From Candidatus Saccharimonadota bacterium (GTDB lineage Bacteria > Pseudomonadota > Gammaproteobacteria > Enterobacterales > Enterobacteriaceae), in NCBI RefSeq assembly GCF_000973505.1, contig NZ_CP010048.1, positions 150,001 to 182,000 on the forward strand: a stretch of DNA of 32,000 nucleotides. Reading direction: 5' to 3'. Made by a program: the position numbers and the translations under genes. Positions within the stretch are counted from its first letter, which is position 1; every line of letters starts with the position of its first letter. Shown here piece after piece: positions 1 through 10,953 of this stretch. The notes beneath the pieces are model-generated. The model was not told where the DNA came from. It did no database searches and saw only the letters and a list, made by a program, of their open reading frames with translations.

Positions 1-163
1 GTTACAAATTTGTAAAAAAGAAAATTATCGATATAAAATTTTTACGATTTTTTTAGGTATTTTTATGTTTTATATTTGTTATTGTTATTTATTTTAGACA
101 TTTATGGTTAGTTATAGTTGTTTTAAGTGTTTTTTGTGATGTGTGTTTTTTTAAGTTTTTATG

Positions 164-979
164 TTATTGGTATATGCATTTTTTTGTGGCATTTGCTAAG
201 TTACAAAATTGTTCAATATTTAAATTTTCTGCTCGTGATTGTAAGTTGATTCCTTGGTTTTTTAGTTCTTGTGGTTCAAATATTGAACTTAAGCTATTTT
301 TAATAGTTTTTCGGCGTTGATTAAATGCTATTCTAGTGACTGTATTTAATTTTTGTATATCAGTTTTTGGGTATGGATTGTTGTTTGTATGGTACGGTAC
401 TAATTTCACCATTCTTGAGTTTACTTGTGGTTTTGGTACAAATGCATGTGATTGAACTTCTAATACACCGGTTATTGAACAGTAATATTGTGAAACAACG
501 CTTAGTTTTCCGTAATTTTTATTATTGGGAGCGGCCATTAAACGTTTGGCTATTTCTGTTTGTAACATAAGATACATATCTTGAATGATATCAGAATATT
601 GAAGTAAATGAAATATTATTTTTGTTGCGATATTGTAGGGTAAATTTCCAATTATTCTGATTGGTTGTCCAATGTGATTAGATAGTTCTTTAAAATTTAT
701 AGTTGTAACATTTTTTTGTATTACATTTATTTTTTTTATGGATAAATTTTTGATTAATCGTTGAGATAGATTTTGATCAATTTCAATTACCGTTAGTTGA
801 TCGACTAGTTTGATTATTTCTTTAGTTAATGCACCTAATCCTGGGCCAATTTCAACAGTTATTTGTTGTTTTTTTAATTGAATATGATTGATAATAGTAT
901 TAATAATGTTTTGATCTTTTAAGAAAGTCTGTCCTAGTTTTTTTTTTATTAAATGGTTTTTATAGAAAATTTTTTTCAT
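164..979 (-). CDS. rsmA: 16S rRNA (adenine1518/adenine1519-N6)-dimethyltransferase RsmA/KsgA
   Basis: The 271-aa ORF aligns by eye along its length with E. coli KsgA. It has the SAM-binding motif VEIGPGLGALT and the catalytic motif GNLPYNI, plus FNQRRKT near the C-terminus. The ATG at 977-979 overlaps the pdxA 3' end by 20 nt, and the position downstream of pdxA matches E. coli. Confidence 0.93.
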   Translation of the reverse strand: MKKIFYKNHLIKKKLGQTFLKDQNIINTIINHIQLKKQQITVEIGPGLGALTKEIIKLVDQLTVIEIDQNLSQRLIKNLSIKKINVIQKNVTTINFKELSNHIGQPIRIIGNLPYNIATKIIFHLLQYSDIIQDMYLMLQTEIAKRLMAAPNNKNYGKLSVVSQYYCSITGVLEVQSHAFVPKPQVNSRMVKLVPYHTNNNPYPKTDIQKLNTVTRIAFNQRRKTIKNSLSSIFEPQELKNQGINLQSRAENLNIEQFCNLANATKKCIYQ

Positions 980-1970
980 GTGATTTATTGATCATTTGAA
1001 TTGCAAGTTTGATGGCCATATTTATACTTCCAGTATTGATGTATTTTGTTCCTGCTAGTTCAATAGCAGTGCCGTGGTCAACAGAAGTACGGATAAAAGG
1101 TAATCCTAAAGTGATATTGGTTGATTTTCCAAAGGATTTAAATTTTAGTATAGGTATTCCTTGATCGTGATACATGACTAATATGGCATCTGCATGTTTT
1201 AGATATTTTTTGATAAAAATTGTATCTATTGGTAGTGGACCAGTCAAGTCATATCCTGTATTACGTAATGTATTTAATGTTGGTATTATGATTTCCTTTT
1301 CTTCTTGTCCGAGGTAACCGTTTTCTCCAGCGTGGGGATTTAATCCAGAGACGATGATTTTTGGTGTTGATATATTAAAGTATTTTTTTAAATTTTTAGC
1401 AAGAATTATAATTGTGTTAGATAATGATTCTTTTGTAATAAATTGTGTTATTTTAGAAATAGGTAGATGTGTAGTCATTAAAGCTATTCGTAGTTGATTA
1501 TCAGTGAACATCATGACCACTTTTTTAGTTTGAGTATAATTAGCAAGAAATTCGGTATGTCCAATGAATGATATACCACTTTCATTTATAGTAGCTTTAT
1601 GAATAGGTCCGGTTACTAATGCTGAAAATTCTCCGTTAAGGCATCCTTGGCAAGCGCGTGTTAATGTGTTAATGACGTATTTACTGTTGTTAATATTTAA
1701 TTTTCCTGGTGTTATTGTGTCTGGAGCGTTGATTGGTAATATTGTTAATTCTCCATTTTTTTTTATATTATTTTTTTTGTTTTGATAGGTATGTAGTTGT
1801 ATAGGTAAATTTAGTTGTTTAGCTCTGTTAATTAATAAATTGGGATCAGCGCAAATAACTATTTCTATTGGCCATTTTTGTTTTTTCTGTGCAATCATAA
1901 TAGTGAGATCTGGTCCTATTCCAGCAGGTTCACCTGGTGTGATTACAATAGGGCGATGGTTATTAGTCAT
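960..1970 (-). CDS. pdxA: 4-hydroxythreonine-4-phosphate dehydrogenase PdxA
   Basis: The 336-aa ORF carries ITPGEPAGIGPDL, GPIHKA, GHTEF, GLNPHAGE, MYHDQG and TSVDHGTA, which match E. coli PdxA. It keeps the surA-pdxA-ksgA synteny, and its start overlaps the surA stop by 8 nt. Confidence 0.93.
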   Translation of the reverse strand: MTNNHRPIVITPGEPAGIGPDLTIMIAQKKQKWPIEIVICADPNLLINRAKQLNLPIQLHTYQNKKNNIKKNGELTILPINAPDTITPGKLNINNSKYVINTLTRACQGCLNGEFSALVTGPIHKATINESGISFIGHTEFLANYTQTKKVVMMFTDNQLRIALMTTHLPISKITQFITKESLSNTIIILAKNLKKYFNISTPKIIVSGLNPHAGENGYLGQEEKEIIIPTLNTLRNTGYDLTGPLPIDTIFIKKYLKHADAILVMYHDQGIPILKFKSFGKSTNITLGLPFIRTSVDHGTAIELAGTKYINTGSINMAIKLAIQMINKSHEKNFL

Positions 1971-3270
1971 TGTTTTCGTTAAAAATTTTAATATAAGATG
2001 ATGATTTTAGTTCTTGTATCCATCGTTTGGTTTCATCGTTAATTTTTTTATTGAAAATTATTTGAGATGCATCGAATTGAGATATTGTTTCATTTTTGTT
2101 TATTATTTTGGTATCTATTAGTTGAATGATAGACCATCCATCTGTGGTTTGTATTGGTGGGCTAATTTCTCCTTTTTTTAGTGATTGTAAAATTTTTTGT
2201 GTATTTCGGTCAAATTCATCAAGATATTTCCATTCTGAGTTTACATTTTGATTGTATGAATCAGTGTTTTTAAACATTTGCTGTGCTTCAAGAGAAAACG
2301 TAGTTTCTTTGTTTTTTATTTTTTTTGTTATTTGTAGTAATTTTTGTCTATTTTTTTGGTGTTCATGGGTGTTTGATGTTTTTAATGTAATATGTTTTGT
2401 ATGTATTATTGTAACCATATTGGTGTTTATGTTGTGTTCTATATCATTTATTTTTAAAATATGTAGTCCAACGTTAGAACGGATAGGACCGATAACACTA
2501 TTTATTTTTAAATCGTGTTGGATCAAAGTTTCGGAGAATAATGTTGGTAGTTCTTTTAATGTGCTCCAATGAACTTTTTTGATCTGAATATTTTGAAATT
2601 TATTGTTTTTTTCATGTATTAGTTGTTGTATGTTAGCTCCTTTTTTAAGTTTGCTGATGAGTGAAGTACTTAATGAGTATGCTGTTGTAATTTCTTGTTT
2701 TGTGGGGTTTTTTGTAAGTGGAATTAAAATGTGATTTAATTGAAACGCATTATTATTATTTTGTGTAAGTCTTTTAGTAAGAGTTTGTATTTCGTAGGGG
2801 AGTATTTTTATTCGTTGGTGCATTTCGTAGTTATGTATTGCATTGATAAGAGTATTTTTTCGAACATAATCCATGTAAGTATCGTAATTGATACCATTAT
2901 TTGTTAGGTGAGATCGGAATTGCGCATTGTTCATGTTGTTTTGTTTTGCAATATAATTAACAATTTCGTTTGTTTGCTGATCGCTAATATTGATATTCAT
3001 TTTTTGTGCTAATTGTAATATAAGTGTATCAGAAATCAATTGTTTAAGTATGTTTTTTCGTGAGTTTAGTTTATTATTTTTTGTTTCCAAAAGAGTGTTT
3101 TTATTATCTTGAATATTAAATTCTCGTATTTTTTGTATGTCGCTTTCAAGGATGATATTTGTATTTACTATTGCGGCAATTTTGTCTATTGTAGATGTTG
3201 CAATACTGTTATTGATAGATAATGATAATAGGGAAATAGAAAACAATATTAATATTTTATTATATTTCAT
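1963..3270 (-). CDS. surA: Periplasmic chaperone / peptidyl-prolyl isomerase SurA
   Basis: The 435-aa ORF has an N-terminal signal-like segment (MKYNKILILFSISLLSLSINNSIA). IDKIAAIVNTNIILESDI resembles E. coli VDKVAAVVNNGVVLESDV. Length is similar to E. coli SurA (428 aa) and the gene sits between lptD and pdxA. The sequence is diverged and very rich in N and K. Confidence 0.85.
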   Translation of the reverse strand: MKYNKILILFSISLLSLSINNSIATSTIDKIAAIVNTNIILESDIQKIREFNIQDNKNTLLETKNNKLNSRKNILKQLISDTLILQLAQKMNINISDQQTNEIVNYIAKQNNMNNAQFRSHLTNNGINYDTYMDYVRKNTLINAIHNYEMHQRIKILPYEIQTLTKRLTQNNNNAFQLNHILIPLTKNPTKQEITTAYSLSTSLISKLKKGANIQQLIHEKNNKFQNIQIKKVHWSTLKELPTLFSETLIQHDLKINSVIGPIRSNVGLHILKINDIEHNINTNMVTIIHTKHITLKTSNTHEHQKNRQKLLQITKKIKNKETTFSLEAQQMFKNTDSYNQNVNSEWKYLDEFDRNTQKILQSLKKGEISPPIQTTDGWSIIQLIDTKIINKNETISQFDASQIIFNKKINDETKRWIQELKSSSYIKIFNENND

Positions 3271-3334
3271 ATTAGTTTTTTGTATCCAATCTAACAGGTC
3301 ATAGATAATATATGTAATTTAGATAATACATAAT

Positions 3335-3366
3335 ATTATGAATATTATATATTATGAATATTATAT
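3335..3366. repeat. Perfect tandem duplication of a 16-bp unit (attatgaatattatat x2) in the lptD-surA spacer
   Basis: Read directly from the sequence: 3335-3350 is identical to 3351-3366. Confidence 0.85.
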
Positions 3367-3462
3367 TTATATTTATTTTGTTATTGTGTTGTTTGTTTAT
3401 AAAATGTAGAAATATATTGATTATTTGTAAATTAAATATTAATAAATATTATTATTGTGAAG

Positions 3463-5847
3463 TTATAGAATAGTTTGATAAGGTAATGCACTGATATTCA
3501 GTATATCACAAATTTTTGATTCTGATTTCAAATATTGGTTTGATGTGTATAATGTTACTTTAAACAGTAATTTATTGTCGTATTTTGTTGAGTTAGTTTT
3601 CTTGTTCCAAATGTTGATTTTTCGTTCGTATCCTGTGTTTATTTTCCAACAGCATGTATAAAATTGCATGCCAATTGTTTGATTAATTGTTTGTTTGTTA
3701 TTAGTTTTGTAAAACTGAGTACCGCTTATTGTCCAGTGTTTGCTAATCGGCCAGTTTCCGATAATTCCTAGTTGTGTAATATTTTTTTGATAGTCTTTGT
3801 TAATTAATTCTGGTGTTATTTTTGCAAAGTATTTTGAGTTGAGATAACAATAATTTATTTGTAATATTTTATTATTGTTTTTTTTGTGTTCTATAATGGC
3901 ATTTCCTGATTTAAATTGTTTAATGTGTGTATTATATTGGATATTGGTTTTTATTTTTAGTGATTTTTTAATAGTTAAGTTGCTATTAGCTATCCATGTT
4001 ATATTATGATTTTTTTTGTAGGGGTTGTGTTTTTTTATGTCATTGTTAATGTTTTGGTGTTTTAAAAAATAAATTTGTCCTAATGAAATATTGAATATTT
4101 CAATATCATTTTTATCATAAATTTTTGTGTATATGTTGCTTGTTAATTGATTAGCAGGAGCAATTCGATCTAAACCACTATATAATGTGTCTTCAAATGG
4201 ATTAGGATTATTCGTTTGAAAAATTGTAGTGTCGTATATTGCAATATTGTTTTGGTTGCGATATGGTATGTATAAATATTGGAATTTTGGTTCTAATGTT
4301 TGTTTATATTTTTTTAATATTTGTGTTCGTTTTTGTAATATAATTTTGGTATTGCTCTTGAATTCTGGAATATATCTATTAATAGTGTGTGTTAAATGTT
4401 TGTTTGTGTGCATTGTCGTATTGTTGTAATAATCGATATTGTTTTGTTGATAATGTGTTGTTTTTAATGTGATCTTGGTATGAGAGTCAGTGTTAAAGAT
4501 ATTAGATGATATAATGATGCTTGGTTCGATATGTACTCTGGTTGTTCTGGGGTAATTATGGTTAATATTTTTAAAGTAAGTTAATTCTCCAAATAGTTGA
4601 AAATTTACCGGTTTAAGTTTATTTGTGTAAAGGTTTATATTTAATTGTGGTTTAGTATTATATATATTTTTAATGTTATTTTTCAGTGGTTGAAATTCTT
4701 TATATAACAAATTAATATACCATAGGTTGTCAGTGTATTGACAGGACATTGTTTTTTTAGTATAAAAATTTCTTACGGGATGCAATTGTTTTAGTGTACT
4801 ATTTTGTAAATAGTTGCAATCGTTAATTTTTATATAGTGGCTTTTTATTCGCCATTTTTTGTGTATTGTGTTATTTAAATTATAATATAGTAACCATTGG
4901 TTAGTATGTTTATTGTTATGTGGTTGATTGTTATTTAATATTTCCAAATTTATCACTCCTGTGTTTAGTTTTTTAAGATATTGAATGGTATTTTTTATTT
5001 GTATTCCTTGTTGTGGTATAAGGTTGGTTGAAATATTTCCATAACAGTATTGATTAATATTAAAGTGATATGGTAATTTAATTTCTAGTCCATGTTCATT
5101 ATTATATTCTGGAGTGGGTGGATGAAATCCTTCATGGTTTTTGTGGTCTAATGATAATTGTAAGTAAGGGATGTATAAAATTGGTATGTTTTTTATTTTA
5201 AAATATGCGTTCCAAATATCTAAAATATCTTTTTTGTGGTCATATGAGATTTGTGATCCTGTGATTTTCCAGTAATTCCTTTTTGGAAGGCAGGAGGTTA
5301 AGTTTGCATGTTTTAATATAGTATAACGATTATTATAACGTTGTTTGATATGATTTGCTGTACCGTATGTTTGATATTTGATGAAATGAAAATTGCTAGA
5401 ATATAAGTCTGTATTTTTAGTTTGAAAATCAGTTTGAATTTTTTTTCCTGTAATGTTGATAGTATCATTACAATAACAGATATTACCGGTTCCTAGTAAT
5501 ATTGTGTGGGGTGTTGTATTGTTGATTAATTGTTTATGTAAGTATATTTCATTTGCGTATAAAATATTGTTATGATGTGTAACTATAACATTTCCTGAAA
5601 AATAAGCTTGTTTCTCGTCGAGATAAAATTTAGCTTGGTTAGCCTGAATTGTAATTTTTGTATCATTATTTATTAGTTGTTCATTGATTATTGGATTTTG
5701 TTGAATAAAGTTTTTTTCAAGCGGGTAAGTATTTGTGGGATTGGCTAAGCTATGTTGTATATTTTGATAAAATATTAAAATAATAACGGTAATATCAATG
5801 AATATTTTTATTACATTTTTTTTAGTATGTTGTATTGAATATTTCAT
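3463..5847 (-). CDS. lptD: LPS-assembly outer membrane protein LptD (Imp/OstA)
   Basis: The 794-aa ORF (E. coli 784 aa) matches E. coli LptD blocks: RYTILKHANLTSCLP, TRVHIEPSI, QTLEPKFQYLYIPYRNQ, GLDRIAPANQLTS, FNISLGQIYF, TCCWKINTGYERK and the C-terminal LPYQTIL. It lies upstream of surA as in E. coli. Confidence 0.88.
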   Translation of the reverse strand: MKYSIQHTKKNVIKIFIDITVIILIFYQNIQHSLANPTNTYPLEKNFIQQNPIINEQLINNDTKITIQANQAKFYLDEKQAYFSGNVIVTHHNNILYANEIYLHKQLINNTTPHTILLGTGNICYCNDTINITGKKIQTDFQTKNTDLYSSNFHFIKYQTYGTANHIKQRYNNRYTILKHANLTSCLPKRNYWKITGSQISYDHKKDILDIWNAYFKIKNIPILYIPYLQLSLDHKNHEGFHPPTPEYNNEHGLEIKLPYHFNINQYCYGNISTNLIPQQGIQIKNTIQYLKKLNTGVINLEILNNNQPHNNKHTNQWLLYYNLNNTIHKKWRIKSHYIKINDCNYLQNSTLKQLHPVRNFYTKKTMSCQYTDNLWYINLLYKEFQPLKNNIKNIYNTKPQLNINLYTNKLKPVNFQLFGELTYFKNINHNYPRTTRVHIEPSIIISSNIFNTDSHTKITLKTTHYQQNNIDYYNNTTMHTNKHLTHTINRYIPEFKSNTKIILQKRTQILKKYKQTLEPKFQYLYIPYRNQNNIAIYDTTIFQTNNPNPFEDTLYSGLDRIAPANQLTSNIYTKIYDKNDIEIFNISLGQIYFLKHQNINNDIKKHNPYKKNHNITWIANSNLTIKKSLKIKTNIQYNTHIKQFKSGNAIIEHKKNNNKILQINYCYLNSKYFAKITPELINKDYQKNITQLGIIGNWPISKHWTISGTQFYKTNNKQTINQTIGMQFYTCCWKINTGYERKINIWNKKTNSTKYDNKLLFKVTLYTSNQYLKSESKICDILNISALPYQTIL

Positions 5848-5876
5848 TTTTAGACAAAGGCGGTAATTTTTTGAGT

Positions 5877-5915
5877 AATATTATGGGTGTGGGTGAAATA
5901 TTATAGGTGTAGGTG
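5877..5915. repeat. Imperfect tandem repeat, period 20 (aatattatGggtgtGggtg / aatattatAggtgtAggtg), about 30 nt upstream of the lptD start
   Basis: Read directly: 5877-5895 versus 5897-5915, 17 of 19 positions identical. Both differences are G to A. Confidence 0.75.
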
Positions 5916-6228
5916 TTAAAACGGTTGTTTGAAGTAGGTTTTTTTATGTTATCGTGACTTAGTTTTTATATTATTAATTATTATTATGGATCGAATTATT
6001 GGTTATATTATTATTAATAATAATATTATGATTGATATTTCATTAGGTTGTGAATTCATAAATAATAATTATTTGTTGGTATATGAATAAGTAGCGAGTA
6101 TGTGTCGAATAATAATTTAAGTATGTTAAGTACAGACATTTTATATTTTGAGAATGTATTGTGTTTTATATAAACATTTATGATGTAAAACTGATAATTT
6201 AATGTTAGCATTAGTGAAAATAAATTGT

Positions 6229-6843
6229 TTATTTTAGAAATTTTGGTTGACTATTTTCATAGTTAGTGATTTTATCTTCGTATTGTAATGTTGTATGGAT
6301 GTAGTCAATATTATTTAGGATAGAATTGAGATGATGATCGTTTATTGCAAACGTATAGTAATGCGTGTGATTTATTAAAATAATTTTTTTATTTAAATCG
6401 ATGGTGAATTTTGTTGTTTTTTGTTGATTTTTAAATATTGTTTTAAACATTTGATTGATTGTTGTATGTGATACACATATTGCTAATAGTTTATTTTGTA
6501 TGCAGTTATTATAGAAAATATCAGCAAAACTTGGTGCAATAATTACATGAAATCCGTAATCCGCCAATGCCCATACTGCATGTTCACGTGATGAACCGCA
6601 TCCAAAATTTTCTCGTGTAAGTAAAATACTGGCATGTTTATAATGTGGTTGATTTAGGATAAAATGCGGGTTGATTATTTTGCATGTTTTATCTAGGAAT
6701 CTCCAATTGCTAAATAGATATTTTCCAAATCCATGTTGTGTTGTTTTTGTTAAGAATTGTTTGGAAATAATGGCATCTGTGTCTACATTGACCATATCTA
6801 ATGGTACGACAATTCCTGTATGTTGAGTATGATTGTTATTCAT
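6229..6843 (-). CDS. leuD: 3-isopropylmalate dehydratase small subunit LeuD
   Basis: The 204-aa ORF carries ENFGCGSSREHAVWAL and IIAPSFADIFYNN, and the leuC-leuD order is conserved. Confidence 0.93.
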   Translation of the reverse strand: MNNNHTQHTGIVVPLDMVNVDTDAIISKQFLTKTTQHGFGKYLFSNWRFLDKTCKIINPHFILNQPHYKHASILLTRENFGCGSSREHAVWALADYGFHVIIAPSFADIFYNNCIQNKLLAICVSHTTINQMFKTIFKNQQKTTKFTIDLNKKIILINHTHYYTFAINDHHLNSILNNIDYIHTTLQYEDKITNYENSQPKFLK

Positions 6844-6868
6844 TTTAGTATTTGATTATTCAGTTTTA

Positions 6869-8269
6869 TTAAATTATTTTTCGAATGTCAGTGAAATATC
6901 CGGTAATTGCTGCTGCAGCTGCCATGATTGGACTAAGCAAATGTGTTCGACCGCCATATCCTTGTCGTCCTTCAAAGTTTCTATTACTCGTTGAGGCACA
7001 ACGTTCACCAAAATTTAATTTATCATTGTTCATTCCTAAACACATAGAGCAGCCTGGTAATCTCCATTCACAGCCTGCATCAAGAAATATTTTGTCTAAA
7101 CCTTCTGTTTCTGCTTGTGTTTTTACTGGGGTTGACCCTGGAACGATGATTACCTGTATTTTTTTGGCGATTTGTTTGCCAAAGATTACAGCAGCAGCTA
7201 ATCGTAAATCTTCGATTCGTCCATTTGTGCATGATCCAATAAATACTTTGTCGATTTTTACATTAGTTAAATAAGTATTTTCTTTAAGCTGCATATATTT
7301 TAAAGCCTGTATAGCGTTTTTTCTTTCTATTTGATTTTTGAAAGAGTTTAGAGATGGTATTTTTTGATCAACAGCTATCACTTGTCCTGGATTAGTTCCC
7401 CAAGTAATTTGAGGGGCAAGCTTATTTACGTGTATAGTGTGTGTTGCATCAAATTTTGCATCTTTGTCAGAATGTAATGTTTTCCAATATTGAATAGCTT
7501 GTTGCCAATATTTTCCTTTTGGCGTAAATAGCCTATTTTTTAAATAATTAAATGTAACATTATCTGGGGCGATTAAAGCTGATTTTGCTCCCATTTCAAT
7601 CCCCATGTTGCAGAGTGTCATTCGTTCTTCCATAGTAAAATTATCAACAATATTGCCACAAAATTCTATGACATGTCCATTGGCTCCTGATGTTCCTATT
7701 GTGCCAATAATTGATAATATGACATCTTTAGCAGTGGTGCCTGGTGGCATTATTCCTGATATTGTTATTTTCATTGTTTTATATCGATTTTGTTGCAATG
7801 TTTGAGTGGCTAATACATGTTCTACTTCTGATGTACCGATTCCAAATGCTAATGCCCCAAAAGCACCATGAGTGGAGGTGTGTGAATCACCGCATACAAT
7901 TGTCATACCTGGTAATGTAATTCCTTGTTCTGGCCCGATAACATGCACTATTCCTTGATATGGGTGATTGATGTCATATAATTTAATTCCGAATTGTTGG
8001 CAGTTATTAATTAATTTTTCCATCTGAATTTTTGCCATATTTCCTGAAGCGTAAATATTTTTTGTTGTAGTGGGGACATTGTGATCCATAGTTGCAAATG
8101 TTTTATTAGGTTGTCGAATAGATCGATTTTTTTTTCGTAAATTATCAAATGCTTGTGGTGAAGTAACTTCATGTAATAAGTGACGATCGATATACAATAA
8201 CGGGGTTGTATTATATGTTTCATGAATAATGTGTGAATCGTATAATTTTTGATATAAGGATTTTCCCAT
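6869..8269 (-). CDS. leuC: 3-isopropylmalate dehydratase large subunit LeuC
   Basis: The 466-aa ORF carries [69 protein letters not shown] and [12 protein letters not shown] (aconitase-family Fe-S ligand motifs). Confidence 0.96.
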   Translation of the reverse strand: MGKSLYQKLYDSHIIHETYNTTPLLYIDRHLLHEVTSPQAFDNLRKKNRSIRQPNKTFATMDHNVPTTTKNIYASGNMAKIQMEKLINNCQQFGIKLYDINHPYQGIVHVIGPEQGITLPGMTIVCGDSHTSTHGAFGALAFGIGTSEVEHVLATQTLQQNRYKTMKITISGIMPPGTTAKDVILSIIGTIGTSGANGHVIEFCGNIVDNFTMEERMTLCNMGIEMGAKSALIAPDNVTFNYLKNRLFTPKGKYWQQAIQYWKTLHSDKDAKFDATHTIHVNKLAPQITWGTNPGQVIAVDQKIPSLNSFKNQIERKNAIQALKYMQLKENTYLTNVKIDKVFIGSCTNGRIEDLRLAAAVIFGKQIAKKIQVIIVPGSTPVKTQAETEGLDKIFLDAGCEWRLPGCSMCLGMNNDKLNFGERCASTSNRNFEGRQGYGGRTHLLSPIMAAAAAITGYFTDIRKII

Positions 8270-8285
8270 GTTATTTAACCTGTGT

Positions 8286-9374
8286 TTAATGTTTAATTAA
8301 TGAAGCAATTATATCACCCATTTCATTAGTTCCTACTATTATATTTTTATTATTAGCTATATCTTGAGTTCGGTATCCTTTTTGCAATGCTTGAATAACG
8401 GCATGTTCAATAATATTTGCAATTTTGTGTAACCGTAGGCTGTATCGGAAAAGTAATGCAAGAGAAAGAATTTGTGCTATTGGATTTGCGATATTTTTTC
8501 CCGCAATATCAGGAGCAGATCCTCCTGCTGGTTCGTATAATCCAAAGTATTTTTCGTTTAAGCTTGCAGAGGGCAACATACCAATTGAACCAGTAATACT
8601 AGCGCATGCGTCAGATATAATATCTCCGAAAAGATTAGAGCATAGTATTACATCAAATCTATGTGGATTTTCAATTAATTGCATAATAGCATTATCAATA
8701 TATAAATGAGTTAATGTAATTTCTGGATAGTTTTTTGATATTTTATTAATAGTATTACGCCACAGTATAGAACTTTCTAGTACGTTTGCTTTATCAACAG
8801 AAGTGATATGTTGTCGTCGTTTTCGTGCTAATTTAAATGCAATATGAGCTATTCTTTCTATTTCATAACGGTAATAAATTTCAGTATTATAAGCATACTC
8901 GTTGTTTTTTTCTATATTGTGTCCTCTTGGTGTTCCAAAGTAAATTCCTCCTGTTAATTCACGTACACATAAAATATCGATTTCTTGAGAATGTGTGTTA
9001 TTCCGCAGTGGAGAAAGATGTTTTAATGTTTGATAAGTACGGGCGGGTCGTAAATTAGCAAATAGTTCAAATTTTTTTCGTAGCGTCAATAATCCTCCTC
9101 GTTCTGGTTGTTGATCAGGTGGTAGTGTATTCCATTTTTTTCCTCCTACGGATCCGAGTAAAATGGCATCTGATTTTTCACAGGCTGTTAATGTGTTTTG
9201 AGGCAGTGCTGTTCCCGTTTTATCGATAGCAATTCCACCTATTTGGTGTTCGTGTAAAGATATTGTTATTTTAAAATATTGTTGTATGTTATTAATAATT
9301 TTGTAGGCTTGTTGCATGATTTCTGGACCAATACCGTCTCCAGGTAAGATTGTAATTTTATATTTTTTGTGCAT
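8286..9374 (-). CDS. leuB: 3-isopropylmalate dehydrogenase LeuB
   Basis: The 362-aa ORF carries [35 protein letters not shown] and [14 protein letters not shown]. Confidence 0.96.
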   Translation of the reverse strand: MHKKYKITILPGDGIGPEIMQQAYKIINNIQQYFKITISLHEHQIGGIAIDKTGTALPQNTLTACEKSDAILLGSVGGKKWNTLPPDQQPERGGLLTLRKKFELFANLRPARTYQTLKHLSPLRNNTHSQEIDILCVRELTGGIYFGTPRGHNIEKNNEYAYNTEIYYRYEIERIAHIAFKLARKRRQHITSVDKANVLESSILWRNTINKISKNYPEITLTHLYIDNAIMQLIENPHRFDVILCSNLFGDIISDACASITGSIGMLPSASLNEKYFGLYEPAGGSAPDIAGKNIANPIAQILSLALLFRYSLRLHKIANIIEHAVIQALQKGYRTQDIANNKNIIVGTNEMGDIIASLIKH

Positions 9375-9381
9375 TGTTTTA

Positions 9382-10953
9382 TTATTTTCCTGATATAATG
9401 TTTTTATTATTGTATTGTAATTTTTGTCGTTTGATTTCTACTTGTTGTACCAGCCAAATGTTGTTTAAAGCATTTACCATGGCCTTTGTGGAAGATTCAA
9501 TGATATCTATAGCTAATCCCACTCCATGGAAGCATCTTTTTTTGTATGTTACTACAACATCTACTTGTCCTAGTGCATCTCGTCCGTGTCCTTTAGAGGT
9601 CAATTGATATTTTTCTAAATTAATAGACAAGCCTGTGATATTATTTAAAGCTTCGTATATTGCAGCTATTGGTCCATTTCCTGTTGCAGATTTTGAGTGG
9701 GTGGTGTTACCACATTTTAATTTTACTGAAGCTACAGCAAGGTTGAAAGATCTTGATTGAATATTGTAATATTCCAAATGAAAGTATTCTGGTTGTTCTT
9801 CTTGGTTGTTTATAAAGGCTAATGCTTCTAAATCATAGTCAAAGACTTGTCCTTTTTTGTCAGCTAATTTTAAAAATACTTCGTATAGTTTGTTCATATC
9901 ATAATCGCTATCTTGATAGCCCATTTTGTTCATATGATGTTTTACTGCTGCACGGCCAGATCGTGAAGTGAGATTGAATTTTGCTTCTTGTACTCCAATA
10001 CTGCTCGGTTCGATAATTTCATAATTTTTTCTGTTTTTTAAAACACCATCTTGATGAATACCAGATGAATGTGAAAAAGCATTATTGCCGACAATTGCTT
10101 TATTTATTGGGATAGGTACATTACATAGTTGACTAATTATTTGACTAGTTCTATAAATTTCTTGATGTTTAATATTGGTGTATGCTTTCAGTAATGGTTT
10201 ATGTATTTTGATGGCCATGATTACTTCTTCCAAGGCTGTATTTCCTGCTCGTTCCCCGATGCCATTTATAGTGCCTTCAATTTGTCTAGCGCCAGCTTGT
10301 ATAGCGGTGATGGAATTCCCCACAGCCATTCCTAAATCATCATGACAGTGTACTGAAATAATAGCTTGGTCTATGACAGGAACACGGTTGTATAGTGTTT
10401 TTATTATTTTTTTGAATTGACATGGAATTGTGTATCCTACTGTATCCGGGATATTAATGGTTTTAGCTCCTGCTTTTATAGCAGCTTCTACAATATAACA
10501 TAAGTTATCTATTTGAGTTCTTCCAGCATCTTCGCAGGAGAATTCTACATCGTCGGTGTATTTTCTTGCATATTTAATTGCATAAATAGCCATTTCTACA
10601 ATTTGTTTGAAATTTTTTTTTAATTTGGATTGTATATGTAAATTTGATGTACCTAAAAATATATGAATTCGAAAATTACTGGCTATTTTTAATGCTTCTG
10701 CGGCAACATCAATATCTTTATCAATACATCTAGCTAATCCGCATATGCAACTGTTTTTTATTTTTTGTGCTATAGTATGTACTGATTCAAAATCTCCCGG
10801 TGAAGAAATTGGGAATCCAACTTCCATGATATCTACTCCTAATTTTTCAAGAGCAAATGCGATTTGCAATTTTTGTTTAACGTTTAAACTGACTTGTAAT
10901 GATTGTTCACCATCACGTAGCGTTGTATCAAAAATAATTATTTTTTGTTCCAT
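9382..10953 (-). CDS. leuA: 2-isopropylmalate synthase LeuA
   Basis: The 523-aa ORF (my recollection of E. coli LeuA is also about 523 aa) carries [33 protein letters not shown] and HSSGIHQDG. It is the first gene of the leuABCD order on the minus strand. Confidence 0.96.
   Translation of the reverse strand: MEQKIIIFDTTLRDGEQSLQVSLNVKQKLQIAFALEKLGVDIMEVGFPISSPGDFESVHTIAQKIKNSCICGLARCIDKDIDVAAEALKIASNFRIHIFLGTSNLHIQSKLKKNFKQIVEMAIYAIKYARKYTDDVEFSCEDAGRTQIDNLCYIVEAAIKAGAKTINIPDTVGYTIPCQFKKIIKTLYNRVPVIDQAIISVHCHDDLGMAVGNSITAIQAGARQIEGTINGIGERAGNTALEEVIMAIKIHKPLLKAYTNIKHQEIYRTSQIISQLCNVPIPINKAIVGNNAFSHSSGIHQDGVLKNRKNYEIIEPSSIGVQEAKFNLTSRSGRAAVKHHMNKMGYQDSDYDMNKLYEVFLKLADKKGQVFDYDLEALAFINNQEEQPEYFHLEYYNIQSRSFNLAVASVKLKCGNTTHSKSATGNGPIAAIYEALNNITGLSINLEKYQLTSKGHGRDALGQVDVVVTYKKRCFHGVGLAIDIIESSTKAMVNALNNIWLVQQVEIKRQKLQYNNKNIISGK

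Noticed and set aside
2-15. The 14-nt perfect palindrome TTACAAATTTGTAA at the window edge, downstream of rsmA.
   Set aside because: On the minus strand (the rsmA transcript sense) the T-run precedes the hairpin rather than following it. On the plus strand the hairpin is followed by A residues. The geometry is wrong for a terminator, and the element is truncated by the window edge.
2252-2572. A 106-aa plus-strand ORF, plus the ORFs at 367-570, 4229-4429, 8425-8709, 8837-9058, 9374-9607 and 10745-10975.
   Set aside because: All are antisense to well-supported minus-strand genes (surA, rsmA, lptD, leuB, leuA). Their F/L/C/V-rich translations are what the G+T-rich plus strand yields in any open frame.
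6885-7274. A 129-aa plus-strand ORF, plus the smaller ORFs at 7605-7805 and 8011-8223.
   Set aside because: All lie inside leuC, either antisense or out of frame. leuC is full length with all its Fe-S motifs, so these are frame shadows.
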